Source: Candidatus Latescibacterota bacterium
GTDB lineage: Bacteria; Latescibacterota; UBA2968
Direction: 5' to 3'
Assembly: GCA_965204745.1 (NCBI GenBank)
Contig: OZ242010.1
Coordinates: 1,888,001-1,952,000, forward strand
DNA length: 64,000 nucleotides
A program made the position numbers and the translations under genes. The notes below the pieces were generated by a model. It had not been told where the DNA came from and did no database searches. It was given only the letters and a program-made list of their open reading frames with translations. Shown in pieces: positions 10,311 to 20,137 of this stretch; positions within the stretch are counted from its first letter, which is position 1; every line of letters starts with the position of its first letter.

Positions 10311-12662
10311 ATGGTTCTCATTCCATCAGAGGCAAGCGTTAGGCGGTCAGTGGCGGGCAAACGTCCCGTTCTGCTCGCCTGCTTATCGCTGCTCCTCGCG
10401 CTGTCAACGGTCTTTGTTTTTGGGCATGACCTGCGAAGTCACATAGAGCGTTCTCCTAGTCACTCTGTCCCTACGCATCATGCAATGTCGATAGCCGCCA
10501 ACCTTTCTCCAGATCACCACTTCTTGATGTTCTATCGCCAAACGCTCAATGCCGATGGCGCGGTTTCTTACATACCGTATAATCGTTTTCCCATAGGTGG
10601 GTATGTGCTCATTGCACTGGCTATCCTGCCCTTTGGCGATGACTTGGCAGCCCAACTCTATGCGGCCAGGACCCTGATGTTGCTGTGCTTTGCCGCAACC
10701 GCACTGCTGGCGTATCTCTGCCTTTGCCGGCTGACACATCATCCTTGGATCGCTGCAACCGCGACGCTCTTGGCGTTCTCATCGTTCTATTGCTTGTTCT
10801 ACAGCGATATGGTCTATAATGATACGGGGATCGACCTGCTTGGGGTAATGCTGACTTTTCACGGGATGGTCATTTTCTTATGTGAGGGTCGTTTTCGGCA
10901 ACTGCTGGTCAAGATGTGCATCGCGCTGTTGGTAGGCAGGCATGTCTATGCGTTGCTGTTGCCCTTTATCGCGCTCGGATTGGTGCGCGAATGCCTCCAC
11001 ATGCGTTCAGTCCCTTTCAGGCTGAAGTGCTCCCGCCTGCTTCGCAGTCGCTATGTGTTGCTCGGCATTGTCGCATTGCTTTTGGGGTTGTCCGTCTTGA
11101 CCTTTAATTTTGTCAATGAATACGTCGCGCTGAAAGGTGAAAAAGCACTGACGGAATTACCGTCTTTCCAGTCTATGATATATCGCACGGGAATAGACAC
11201 GGGAGCATATACAGATAGATATGACGAGCCAGCCCTGAAAGGGTGGGATTCCTTCCTGCTGGGTCAATTTTCTCGTATCGGTGGGATGTTCACGCCGTAT
11301 TTTATTTTTTTCTTTCTCGGCGTGCTTAGGCCCCCGCAGTCTTACGTGCCCTTGTCCGTTGGCGTGGGCATTGGGGGGTTTGTTGCGTGTCTGGTGGGGG
11401 TGTATTTCACGCGCCCGCGAATCCTTTGGACGCCCTTGATTCTGTTTGGCCTCTGTTGGGCATTGCCCATGCGCCATACCGTTAAAGTGTATGCCCATGA
11501 CTTCGAGAGCGTATTTTACATCGGCCTGCCTCTGGTCTTCTTCTCGCTTATTCTGCTGTGCCTATCCCGCCGCTTCAAGACCCCTCCTTTGACGGTCGGC
11601 TTTGCGGGTATTGCGCTGATCGTCTTTGTGCTTTCCAGTTTTCAGATGAGCCGCTTCTATGCCCCCGATGCGACGCAACGCCAAAAGGTCGCGCTGGCAG
11701 ACGCGACAGCCATCCGCCGATTAACAGCAACTGGCGACCTCATTTTTAAGCCGTTCCCGTTCTATGACTCACCTGATTTAAATCCGCCGACGCTACATTA
11801 CTATTTTGCGCGAAGGATCATTCACTCTCATGCTCTCACCGCAGAGGGCTTCACAGTGATGAATGATCGCCTGGAGACAGACGCGCTGCTCACGCCGAAA
11901 AACGAGCGGATATTCCTCTATGACTCTAAGAAATTGCTCAAAGCGTATCGGCAGGCAGTCGTGTCTGGTGAATTGGTGGCGCGGTCAACCTTCGATGTGT
12001 ATCGCGACGAGCATGTGTTGCATTACGTCAAAAGTCCCTGTTCTGATGCGGACATGCAGACCAAATTCTTCTTACACCTCTTTCCGACAGACGAGAGATC
12101 TATTCCCGTCCACCGCAGGTGGTTTGGATATGATACCGATGTCCTTAAGTTTTGGCACTACGGTTTGCGCTTCGACGATAAATGCTTGGCGAGCGTCGCG
12201 CTTCCGCATTACGATATCGCCCGGATTGAAACCGGGCCACTTTCCCCCGGCCAAAGCGATGAACGCGCTGATGATCCCGACAGGCTCGAGGTGTATCGGC
12301 AGGTATATCAACGGGTCGTGTCTGGCGAATTGGTGGCGCGGTCAACCTTCGATGTGTATCGCGATGAGCGCACGTTGTATTACGTCAAAAGTCCCTGTTC
12401 TAATGAGGATGTGAAAACCAAATTCTTCTTGCATATCTTTCCGACCAATAGGCAGGAACTGGACTCCCGTCGTTGGCAGTGGGGGTATGACAACGACGGC
12501 TTTGATTTTTCTGAGCAAGGTCTGCGGTTCGATGACAAATGCTTGGCGAGCGTCGCGCTTCCGCACTACGACATCGCCCGGATTGAAACGGGTCAGTTCC
12601 ACTTTGACAGTAGAGGCAAACAATGGAAGGCTAAAATTTTTCTCGACGAACAGTCAAAGTAG
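10311..12662 (+). CDS. Array paralog 4 (2 C-terminal repeats)
   Basis: 783 aa ORF collinear with the other copies. Confidence 0.88.
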   Translation: MVLIPSEASVRRSVAGKRPVLLACLSLLLALSTVFVFGHDLRSHIERSPSHSVPTHHAMSIAANLSPDHHFLMFYRQTLNADGAVSYIPYNRFPIGGYVLIALAILPFGDDLAAQLYAARTLMLLCFAATALLAYLCLCRLTHHPWIAATATLLAFSSFYCLFYSDMVYNDTGIDLLGVMLTFHGMVIFLCEGRFRQLLVKMCIALLVGRHVYALLLPFIALGLVRECLHMRSVPFRLKCSRLLRSRYVLLGIVALLLGLSVLTFNFVNEYVALKGEKALTELPSFQSMIYRTGIDTGAYTDRYDEPALKGWDSFLLGQFSRIGGMFTPYFIFFFLGVLRPPQSYVPLSVGVGIGGFVACLVGVYFTRPRILWTPLILFGLCWALPMRHTVKVYAHDFESVFYIGLPLVFFSLILLCLSRRFKTPPLTVGFAGIALIVFVLSSFQMSRFYAPDATQRQKVALADATAIRRLTATGDLIFKPFPFYDSPDLNPPTLHYYFARRIIHSHALTAEGFTVMNDRLETDALLTPKNERIFLYDSKKLLKAYRQAVVSGELVARSTFDVYRDEHVLHYVKSPCSDADMQTKFFLHLFPTDERSIPVHRRWFGYDTDVLKFWHYGLRFDDKCLASVALPHYDIARIETGPLSPGQSDERADDPDRLEVYRQVYQRVVSGELVARSTFDVYRDERTLYYVKSPCSNEDVKTKFFLHIFPTNRQELDSRRWQWGYDNDGFDFSEQGLRFDDKCLASVALPHYDIARIETGQFHFDSRGKQWKAKIFLDEQSK

Positions 12663-12691
12663 ATCCCCTATCCATTTCAGAGGCTTAGGCC

Positions 12692-15031
12692 ATGATTCTC
12701 ATTCCATCGGAGGCAAGCGTTAGGCGGTCAGTGGCGGGCAAACGTCCCGTTCTGCTCGCATGCTTACCGTTGCTCCTCGCGCTGTCAACGGTCTTTGTTT
12801 TTCGCCATGACCTGCGAAGTCACACAGAGTATTCTCGTGGTTACTCTGTCCTTACACATCATAAAATGTCGATAGCCGCCAACCTTTCTCCAGATCACAA
12901 CTTCTTGATGTTCTATCGCCAAACGCTCAATGCCGATGGCGCGGTTTTTTACGTACTGCATAATCGCTTTCCCATAGGTGGTTATGTGCTCATTGCGCTG
13001 GCCATCCTGCCCTTTGGCGATGACTTGGCAGCCCAACTCTATGCGGCAAGGACCCTGATGTTGCTGTGCTTTGTCGCAACAGCACTGCTGGCGTATCTCT
13101 GCCTTTGCCGGCTGACACATCATCCATGGATCGCCGCAACCGCGACGCTCTTGGCGTTCTCATCGTTCTATTGCTTGTTCTACGCCGATCTGGTCATGAA
13201 TGAAGCGGGGATCGATCTGCTCGGGGTAATGCTGACCTTTCACGGGATGGTCATTTTCTTGTGTGAGGGTCGTTTTCGGCAATTGTTGGTCAAGACGTGC
13301 GTCGCGCTGTTTTTAGGCTGGCATGTCTATGCGCTGCTGTTGCCCTTTATCGCGCTCGGATTGGTGCGCGAATGGTGCCGTGCGCGTTCAACCCCTTTCA
13401 AGTTGAAGTGCTCCCTCCTGCTTCGCAGTCGCTATGTGTTGCTCGGCATGGTCGCATTGCTGTTTGGGTTGTCCTTATTGACCTTTAATTTTGTCAATGA
13501 ATACGTCGCGCTGAAAGGTGAGAAATCCCTGACGGAATTACCGTCTTTCCAGTCTATGATTTATCGCACGGGAATAGGTAACCCAGAAAATATATCCCGG
13601 TACCCCTTGAGGTGGGATTCCTTTCTGCTGGGTCAATTCTCTCGTATCGGTGGGATGTTCACGCCGTATTTTATTTTGCAGTACCTCGACGTGCTTAGGC
13701 CCTCATTGAAGTTTGACGTGTCTTTGTCCGTTGGCGTGGGCCTTGGGATGTTTGTTTCGTGTCTATTTGGGGTGTATTTTACGCGCCCGCGAATCCTTTG
13801 GGCGACCTTGATTCTGTTTGGCTTCTGTTGGGCATTGCCCATGCGCCTTCAAGTCAAAGAGCCTAACCATAGTTTCGAGAGCGTGTTTTACATCGGCCTG
13901 CCCCTGGTCTTCTTCTCGCTTATTCTGCTGTGCCTATCCCGCCGCTTCAAGACCCCGCCTTTGATGGTCGGCTTTGCGGGTGTTGCCCTGATCGTCTTTG
14001 TGCTTTCCAGTTTTCAGATGAGCCATTTCTATGCCCCCGATGCGACGCAACGCCAAAAGGTCGAGCTATCGGACGCGACAGCCATCCGCCGGTTAACGGC
14101 AGATGGCGACCTCATTTTTGTGCCGTTCTATGACCCACCTGATTTCAATCTGGCGAAGCTACGTTACTATTTGGCGCGGAGGATCATTCACTCTCATGCT
14201 CTCACCGCAGAGGGCTTCACAGTGATGTACGATCGCCTGGAGACAGACGCGCTACTCACGCCGAAAAACGAGCGGATATTCCTTTATGACTCCAAGAAAT
14301 TGCTCAAAGCGTATCGGCAGGCAGGCGTGTCTGGCGCGGTGGTGGCGCGCTCAACCTTTGATGTATATCGCGATGATCGCACGTTGTATTACGTCAAAAG
14401 TCCCTGTTCTGATGCGGACATGCAGACCAAATTCTCCTTGCACATCTTTCCGACAGACACGCAGGAACTGCCCTCTCATCGCTGGCAGTGGGGGTATGAC
14501 AACGACGACTTTTCTTTTTATACGCGAGGCCTGCGGTTCGATGACAAATGCTTGGCGAGCATCGCGCTTCCGCATTACGACATCGCCCGGATTGAAACCG
14601 GGCCACTTTCCCCCGGCCAAAGCAATGAACGCGCTGATCCCGGGAGGCTCAAAGCGCATCGGCAGGCATATCAACGGGTCGTGTCTGGCGCGCCTGTGGC
14701 GCGGTCAACCTTCGATGTGTATCGCGATGATCGCACGTTGTATTACGTCAAAAGTCCCTGTTCTGATGCGGACGTGAAATTACGATTCTTCTTACACATC
14801 TTTCCCGCAGACGCGAAGGAGCTTCTCAGCGGCTTGCACCGCTGGCAGTATGGATATGACAACGACGACTTTGATTTTTCTTCGCAAGGTCTGCGGTTCG
14901 ATGACAAATGCTTGGCGAGCATCGCGCTTCCGCACTACGACATCGCCCGGATTGAAACGGGTCAGTACCACTGGAACAGCGGTAGCAAACAATGGAAGGC
15001 TAAAATTTTTCTCGACGAACAGTCAAAGTAG
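12692..15031 (+). CDS. Array paralog 5 (2 C-terminal repeats)
   Basis: 779 aa ORF collinear with the other copies. Confidence 0.88.
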   Translation: MILIPSEASVRRSVAGKRPVLLACLPLLLALSTVFVFRHDLRSHTEYSRGYSVLTHHKMSIAANLSPDHNFLMFYRQTLNADGAVFYVLHNRFPIGGYVLIALAILPFGDDLAAQLYAARTLMLLCFVATALLAYLCLCRLTHHPWIAATATLLAFSSFYCLFYADLVMNEAGIDLLGVMLTFHGMVIFLCEGRFRQLLVKTCVALFLGWHVYALLLPFIALGLVREWCRARSTPFKLKCSLLLRSRYVLLGMVALLFGLSLLTFNFVNEYVALKGEKSLTELPSFQSMIYRTGIGNPENISRYPLRWDSFLLGQFSRIGGMFTPYFILQYLDVLRPSLKFDVSLSVGVGLGMFVSCLFGVYFTRPRILWATLILFGFCWALPMRLQVKEPNHSFESVFYIGLPLVFFSLILLCLSRRFKTPPLMVGFAGVALIVFVLSSFQMSHFYAPDATQRQKVELSDATAIRRLTADGDLIFVPFYDPPDFNLAKLRYYLARRIIHSHALTAEGFTVMYDRLETDALLTPKNERIFLYDSKKLLKAYRQAGVSGAVVARSTFDVYRDDRTLYYVKSPCSDADMQTKFSLHIFPTDTQELPSHRWQWGYDNDDFSFYTRGLRFDDKCLASIALPHYDIARIETGPLSPGQSNERADPGRLKAHRQAYQRVVSGAPVARSTFDVYRDDRTLYYVKSPCSDADVKLRFFLHIFPADAKELLSGLHRWQYGYDNDDFDFSSQGLRFDDKCLASIALPHYDIARIETGQYHWNSGSKQWKAKIFLDEQSK

Positions 15032-15060
15032 ATCCCCTATCCATTTCAGAGGCTTAGGCC

Positions 15061-17739
15061 ATGGTTCTCATTCCATCGGAGGCAAGCGTTAGGCGGTCAG
15101 TGGTGGGCAAACGTCCCGTTCTGCTCGCATGCTTACCGTTGCTCCTCGCGCTTTCAACGGTCTTTATTTTTGGACATGACCTGCGAAGTCACCTCGAGCG
15201 TTCTAATTACTCTATCTCTACGTATAATAAAATGGCGATATCAGCCAATCTGTCTTTGAATCACAACTTCTTGATGTTCTTTTCCCAAACGCTCAATGCC
15301 GATGGCACGGTTTCTTACGTACCTTATAATCGCTTTCCCATAGGTGGGCATGTGCTCATCGCGCTGGCTATCCTGCCCTTTGGCGATGACTTGGCAAGCC
15401 AACTCTATGCGGCAAGGACGCTGATGTTGCTGTGCTTTGCCGCAACCGCACTACTTGCGTATCTCTGCCTTTGCCGGCTGACACATCATCCATGGATCGC
15501 CGCAACCGCGACGCTCTTGGCGTTCTCATCGTTCTATTGCTTGTACTACAACGATATGGTCTTTAATGAATTGGGGATCGATCTGCTCGGGGTGATGCTG
15601 ACCTTTCACGGGATGGTCATTTTCTTATGTGAGGGGCGTTTTCGGCAACTGCTGGTCAAGACGTGCATCGCGCTGTTTTTAGGTTGGCATGTCTATGCGT
15701 TGCTGTTGCCCTTTATCGCGCTCGGAGTGGTGCGCGAATGCCGCCGTGCGCGTTCAGATCCTTTCAAGCTGAAGTGCTCCCGCCTGCTTCGCAGTCGCTA
15801 TGTGTTGCTCGGCATTGTCGCATTGCTGTTTGGTTTGTCCTTGTTGACCTTTAATTTTATCAATGAATACGTCGCGCTGAAGGGTGAGAAATCCCTGACG
15901 GAATTACCGTCTTTCCAGTCTATGATTTATCGCATGGGAATAGATCAAAGCAAATGGCGCCACTTTTGGGGTCCCTTCCTGCAAGGTCAATTCTCTCGCA
16001 TTGGTGGGATGTTCACGCCGTATTTCATCCTGCCCTCTCTCGGCGTGCTTAGGCCCCCAGAGTCTTACGTGCCCTTGTCCGTTGGCGTGGGCATTGGGGG
16101 GGCTATTGCGTGTCTGGTGGGGGTGTATTTCACGCGCCCGCGAATCCTTTGGGCGACCTTGGGTCTGTTTGGCTTCTGTTGGGCATTGCCCATGCGCTAT
16201 AACGTTAAAATGCTTGGCCATGACTTCGAGAGCGTGTTTTACATCGGCCTGCCTCTGGTCTTCTTCTCGCTTGTTCTGCTGTGCCTATCCCGACGCTTCA
16301 AGACCCCTCCCTTGATGGTCGGCTTTGCGGGTATTGCACTGATCGTCTTTGTGCTTTCCAGTTTTCAGATGAGCCGCTTCTATGCCCCCGATGCGACGCA
16401 ACGCCAAAAGGCTGAGTTGGCAGACGCGACAGCCATCCGCCGATTAACGGCAGATGGCGACCTCATTTTTGTGCCGTTCTATGACCCATCTGACTTAAAG
16501 CGGATAAAGCACACTTACGAGAGGTCAAAGCAAAATTACTATTTGGCGCGGAGGATCATTCACGCTCATTCTCTCACCGCAGAGGGCTTCACGCTGATGG
16601 ATGATCGCCTGGAGACAGACGCGTTGCTCACGCCGAAAAACGAACGGATATTTCTTTATGACTCCAAGAAATTGCTCAAAGCGTATCGGCAGGCATATCA
16701 GCGGGTCGTGTCTGGCGAGTTCGTGGCGCGGTCAACCTTCGATGTGTATCGCGATGAGCGCACGTTGTATTACGTCAAAAGTCCCTGTTCTGACGCGGAC
16801 ATGCAGACCAAATTCTTCTTACACCTCTTTCCGACAGACGCGAGATCGATTCCCGTCCGCCGCAGGTGGCTTGGATATGACGACAAAATTTTTAATTTTC
16901 AGGATCGCGGTCTGCGGTTCGATGATAAATGCTTGGCGAGCATCGCGCTTCCGCATTACGATATCGCCCGGATTGAAACCGGGTCACTTTCCCGCGATTC
17001 CGATCCAGAGCGGCTCGAGGTGTATCGGCAGGCAGTCGTGTCTGGCGAGTTGATGGCGCGGTCAATTTTCGATGTGTATCGCGATGAGCACACATTGTAT
17101 TACGTCAAAAGTCCCTGTTCTGATGCGGACGTGAAATTTCGATTCTTCTTGCACATCTTTCCCGCAGACGCGAAGGAGCTTCCCAGCCACCGCAGGCCGT
17201 ATGGATATGACAACTACGACTTTGATTTTTCTTCGCAAGGTCAGCGGTTCGATGACAAATGCTTGGCGAGCATCGCGCTTCCGCATTACGATATCGCCCG
17301 GATTGAAACCGGGCCACTTCCCCTCGGCCAAAGCAAAGAACGCGCTGATGATCCCGGCAGGCTCGAGGTGTATCGGCAGGTATATCAACGGGTCGTGTCT
17401 GGCGCGCCTGTGGCGCAGTCAACCTTCGATGTGTATCGCGATGATCGCACGTTGTATTACGTCAAAAGTCCCTGTTCTGATGCGGATGTGAAATTACAAT
17501 TCTTCTTACACCTCTTTCCTGCAGACGCGAAGGAGCTTCCCAGCCGTCGCTGGCAGTGGGGGTATAACAACGACAACTTTTCTTTTGTTGATCAAGGTCA
17601 GCGGTTCGATGACAAATGCTTGGCGAGCATCGCGCTTCCGCACTATGCCATCGCTCGTATTGAAACGGGTCAGTTCCATTGGAGTAGCGGCGGCAAACAC
17701 TGGGAGGCTAAAATTTTTTTTGACGAACAATCAAAGTAG
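15061..17739 (+). CDS. Array paralog 6 (3 C-terminal repeats)
   Basis: 892 aa ORF collinear with the other copies. Confidence 0.88.
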   Translation: MVLIPSEASVRRSVVGKRPVLLACLPLLLALSTVFIFGHDLRSHLERSNYSISTYNKMAISANLSLNHNFLMFFSQTLNADGTVSYVPYNRFPIGGHVLIALAILPFGDDLASQLYAARTLMLLCFAATALLAYLCLCRLTHHPWIAATATLLAFSSFYCLYYNDMVFNELGIDLLGVMLTFHGMVIFLCEGRFRQLLVKTCIALFLGWHVYALLLPFIALGVVRECRRARSDPFKLKCSRLLRSRYVLLGIVALLFGLSLLTFNFINEYVALKGEKSLTELPSFQSMIYRMGIDQSKWRHFWGPFLQGQFSRIGGMFTPYFILPSLGVLRPPESYVPLSVGVGIGGAIACLVGVYFTRPRILWATLGLFGFCWALPMRYNVKMLGHDFESVFYIGLPLVFFSLVLLCLSRRFKTPPLMVGFAGIALIVFVLSSFQMSRFYAPDATQRQKAELADATAIRRLTADGDLIFVPFYDPSDLKRIKHTYERSKQNYYLARRIIHAHSLTAEGFTLMDDRLETDALLTPKNERIFLYDSKKLLKAYRQAYQRVVSGEFVARSTFDVYRDERTLYYVKSPCSDADMQTKFFLHLFPTDARSIPVRRRWLGYDDKIFNFQDRGLRFDDKCLASIALPHYDIARIETGSLSRDSDPERLEVYRQAVVSGELMARSIFDVYRDEHTLYYVKSPCSDADVKFRFFLHIFPADAKELPSHRRPYGYDNYDFDFSSQGQRFDDKCLASIALPHYDIARIETGPLPLGQSKERADDPGRLEVYRQVYQRVVSGAPVAQSTFDVYRDDRTLYYVKSPCSDADVKLQFFLHLFPADAKELPSRRWQWGYNNDNFSFVDQGQRFDDKCLASIALPHYAIARIETGQFHWSSGGKHWEAKIFFDEQSK

Positions 17740-17768
17740 ATCCCCTATCCATTTCAGAGGCTTAGGCC

Positions 17769-20072
17769 ATGGTTCTCATTTTATCGGAGGCAAGCGTTAG
17801 GCGGTCAGTGGCGGGCAAACGTCCCGTTCTGCTCGCTTGCTTACCGCTTCTCCTCGCGCTGTCAACGGTCTTTGTTTTTGGGCATGACCTGCGAAGTCAC
17901 ATAGAGCGTTCTCATAGTCACTCTGTCCTTACGCATCATAAAATGGCGATAGCGGCCAATCTGTCTTTGGATCACAACTTCTTGATGTTCTGGCGTCAAA
18001 CACTCGAGGCAGATGGCACGGTTTCTTACGAACCGTATAATCGCCATCCCATAGGTGGGCAGGTGCTCATCGCGCTGGCTATCCTGCCCTTTGGCGATGA
18101 CTTGGCAAGCCAACTCTATGCGGCCAGGACCCTGATGTTGCTGTGCTTTGTTGCCACCGCACTGCTGGCGTATCTCTGCCTTTGCCGGCTGACACATCAT
18201 CCATGGATCGCCGCAACCGCGACGCTCTTGGCGTTCTCATCGTTCTATTGCTTGTTCTTCAGCGATATGGTGCATAATGAAACGGGGATCGATCTGATCG
18301 GGGTGATGCTGACTTTTCACGGCATGGTCATTTTCATTCGTGAGGGGCGCTTTCGGCAATTGTTGGTCAAGACGTGCATCGCGCTGTTTTTAGGCTGGCA
18401 TGTCTATGCGCTGCTGTTGCCCTTTATCGCGCTCGGATTGGTGCGCGAATGGTGCCGTGCGCGTTCAGTCCCTTTCAAGCTGAAGTGCGCCCGCCTGCTT
18501 CGCAGTCGCTATGTGTTGCTCGGCATTGTCGCATTGCTTTTGGGGTTGTCCTTGTTGACCTTTAATTTTGTCAATGAATACGTCGCGCTGAAAGGTGAAA
18601 AAGCATTGACGGAATTACCGTCTTTCCAGTCTATGATGTATCGCACGGGAATAGGTCCCATATCAATATATATGTCTTACGAGTACCTCCTGAAGTGGGA
18701 TTCCCTTCTGCTGGGTCAATTTTCTCGCATTGGTGGGATGTCAACGCCGTATTTCATCCTGCCCTCTCTCGGCGTGCTTAGGCCACCGCAGTCTTACGTG
18801 CCCTTGTCCGTTGGTGTGGGCATTGGGATGTTTGTTGCGTGTCTGGTGGGGGTATATTTCACGCGCCCGAGAATCCTTTGGGCGACCTTGATTCTGGTTG
18901 GCTTCTGTTGGGCATTGCCCATGCGCCATAACGTTATAGACCTTGACCATGACTTCGAGAGCGTGTTTTACATCGGCCTGCCCCTGGTCTTCTTCTCGCT
19001 TATTCTGATGTGCCTATCCCGACGCTTCAAGACCCCTCTTTTGATGGTCGGCTTTGCGGGTGTTGCCCTGATCGTCTTTGTGCTTTCCAGTTTCCAGATG
19101 AGCCGCTTCTATGCCCCCGATGCGACGCAACGCCAAAAGGTCGAGCTATCGGACATTACAGCCATCCGCCGGTTAACGGCAGATGGCGACCTCATTTTTG
19201 TGCCGTTCTACGCCTCCCTCAAGAAATGGCGGATAAGATACTATCTGAACCGGAGGATCATTCACGCTCATTCTCTCACCGCAGAGGGCTTCACGATGAT
19301 GTATGATCGCCTGGAGACAGACGCACTGCTCACGCCGAAAAACGAGCGGCTATTCCTTTATGACTCCAAGAAATTGCTCAAAGCGTATCGGCAGGCAGTC
19401 GTGTCTGGCGAGTTGGTGGCGCGGTCAACCTTTGATGTGTACCGAGACGAGCGTGCGTTGCATTACGTCAAAAGTCCCTGTTCTGATGCGGACATGCAGA
19501 CCGAATTCTTCTTGCACATCTTTCCCACGGACGAGAGATCTATTCCTGTCCACCGCAGGTGGCTTGGATATGATACCGAAGGCTTTAAGTTTTGGAAGCA
19601 CGGTTTGCGATTCGACGATAAATGCTTGGCGAGCATCGCGCTTCCGAACTACGACATCGCCCGGATTGAAACCGGGCCACTTTCCCCCGGCCAAAGCAAT
19701 GAACGCGCTTATGATCCCGACAGGCTCGAGGTGTATCGGCAGGTATATCAACGGGTCGTGTCTGGCGAGTTGGTGGCGCGGTCAACCTTCGACGTGTATC
19801 GCGACGAGCGTGCGTTGCATTACGTCAAAAGTCCCTGTTCTGACGCGGACATGAAGACCAAATTCTTCTTACACATCTTTCCGACCGACAGAAAGGAACT
19901 GGACTCCCGTCGCTGGCAGTGGGGGTATGACAACGACAGCTTTGATTTTTCTGAGCAAGGTCTGCGGTTCGATGACAAATGCTTGGCGAGCGTCGCGCTT
20001 CCGCACTACGACATCGCTCGGATTAAAACGGGTCAGTGGAAGCCTAAAATTTTTCTCAGAATGAATAGGTAA
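17769..20072 (+). CDS. Array paralog 7 (2 repeats, altered C-terminus)
   Basis: 767 aa. Ends KTGQWKPKIFLRMNR instead of ...IF(L/F)(D/N)EQSK. Confidence 0.85.
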   Translation: MVLILSEASVRRSVAGKRPVLLACLPLLLALSTVFVFGHDLRSHIERSHSHSVLTHHKMAIAANLSLDHNFLMFWRQTLEADGTVSYEPYNRHPIGGQVLIALAILPFGDDLASQLYAARTLMLLCFVATALLAYLCLCRLTHHPWIAATATLLAFSSFYCLFFSDMVHNETGIDLIGVMLTFHGMVIFIREGRFRQLLVKTCIALFLGWHVYALLLPFIALGLVREWCRARSVPFKLKCARLLRSRYVLLGIVALLLGLSLLTFNFVNEYVALKGEKALTELPSFQSMMYRTGIGPISIYMSYEYLLKWDSLLLGQFSRIGGMSTPYFILPSLGVLRPPQSYVPLSVGVGIGMFVACLVGVYFTRPRILWATLILVGFCWALPMRHNVIDLDHDFESVFYIGLPLVFFSLILMCLSRRFKTPLLMVGFAGVALIVFVLSSFQMSRFYAPDATQRQKVELSDITAIRRLTADGDLIFVPFYASLKKWRIRYYLNRRIIHAHSLTAEGFTMMYDRLETDALLTPKNERLFLYDSKKLLKAYRQAVVSGELVARSTFDVYRDERALHYVKSPCSDADMQTEFFLHIFPTDERSIPVHRRWLGYDTEGFKFWKHGLRFDDKCLASIALPNYDIARIETGPLSPGQSNERAYDPDRLEVYRQVYQRVVSGELVARSTFDVYRDERALHYVKSPCSDADMKTKFFLHIFPTDRKELDSRRWQWGYDNDSFDFSEQGLRFDDKCLASVALPHYDIARIKTGQWKPKIFLRMNR

Positions 20073-20137
20073 AGTAGGTGATACATCTGAGCGTTACGCA
20101 CAACTGCTCTTTCAAATCAACTTAGGAGGCTTAGGCC

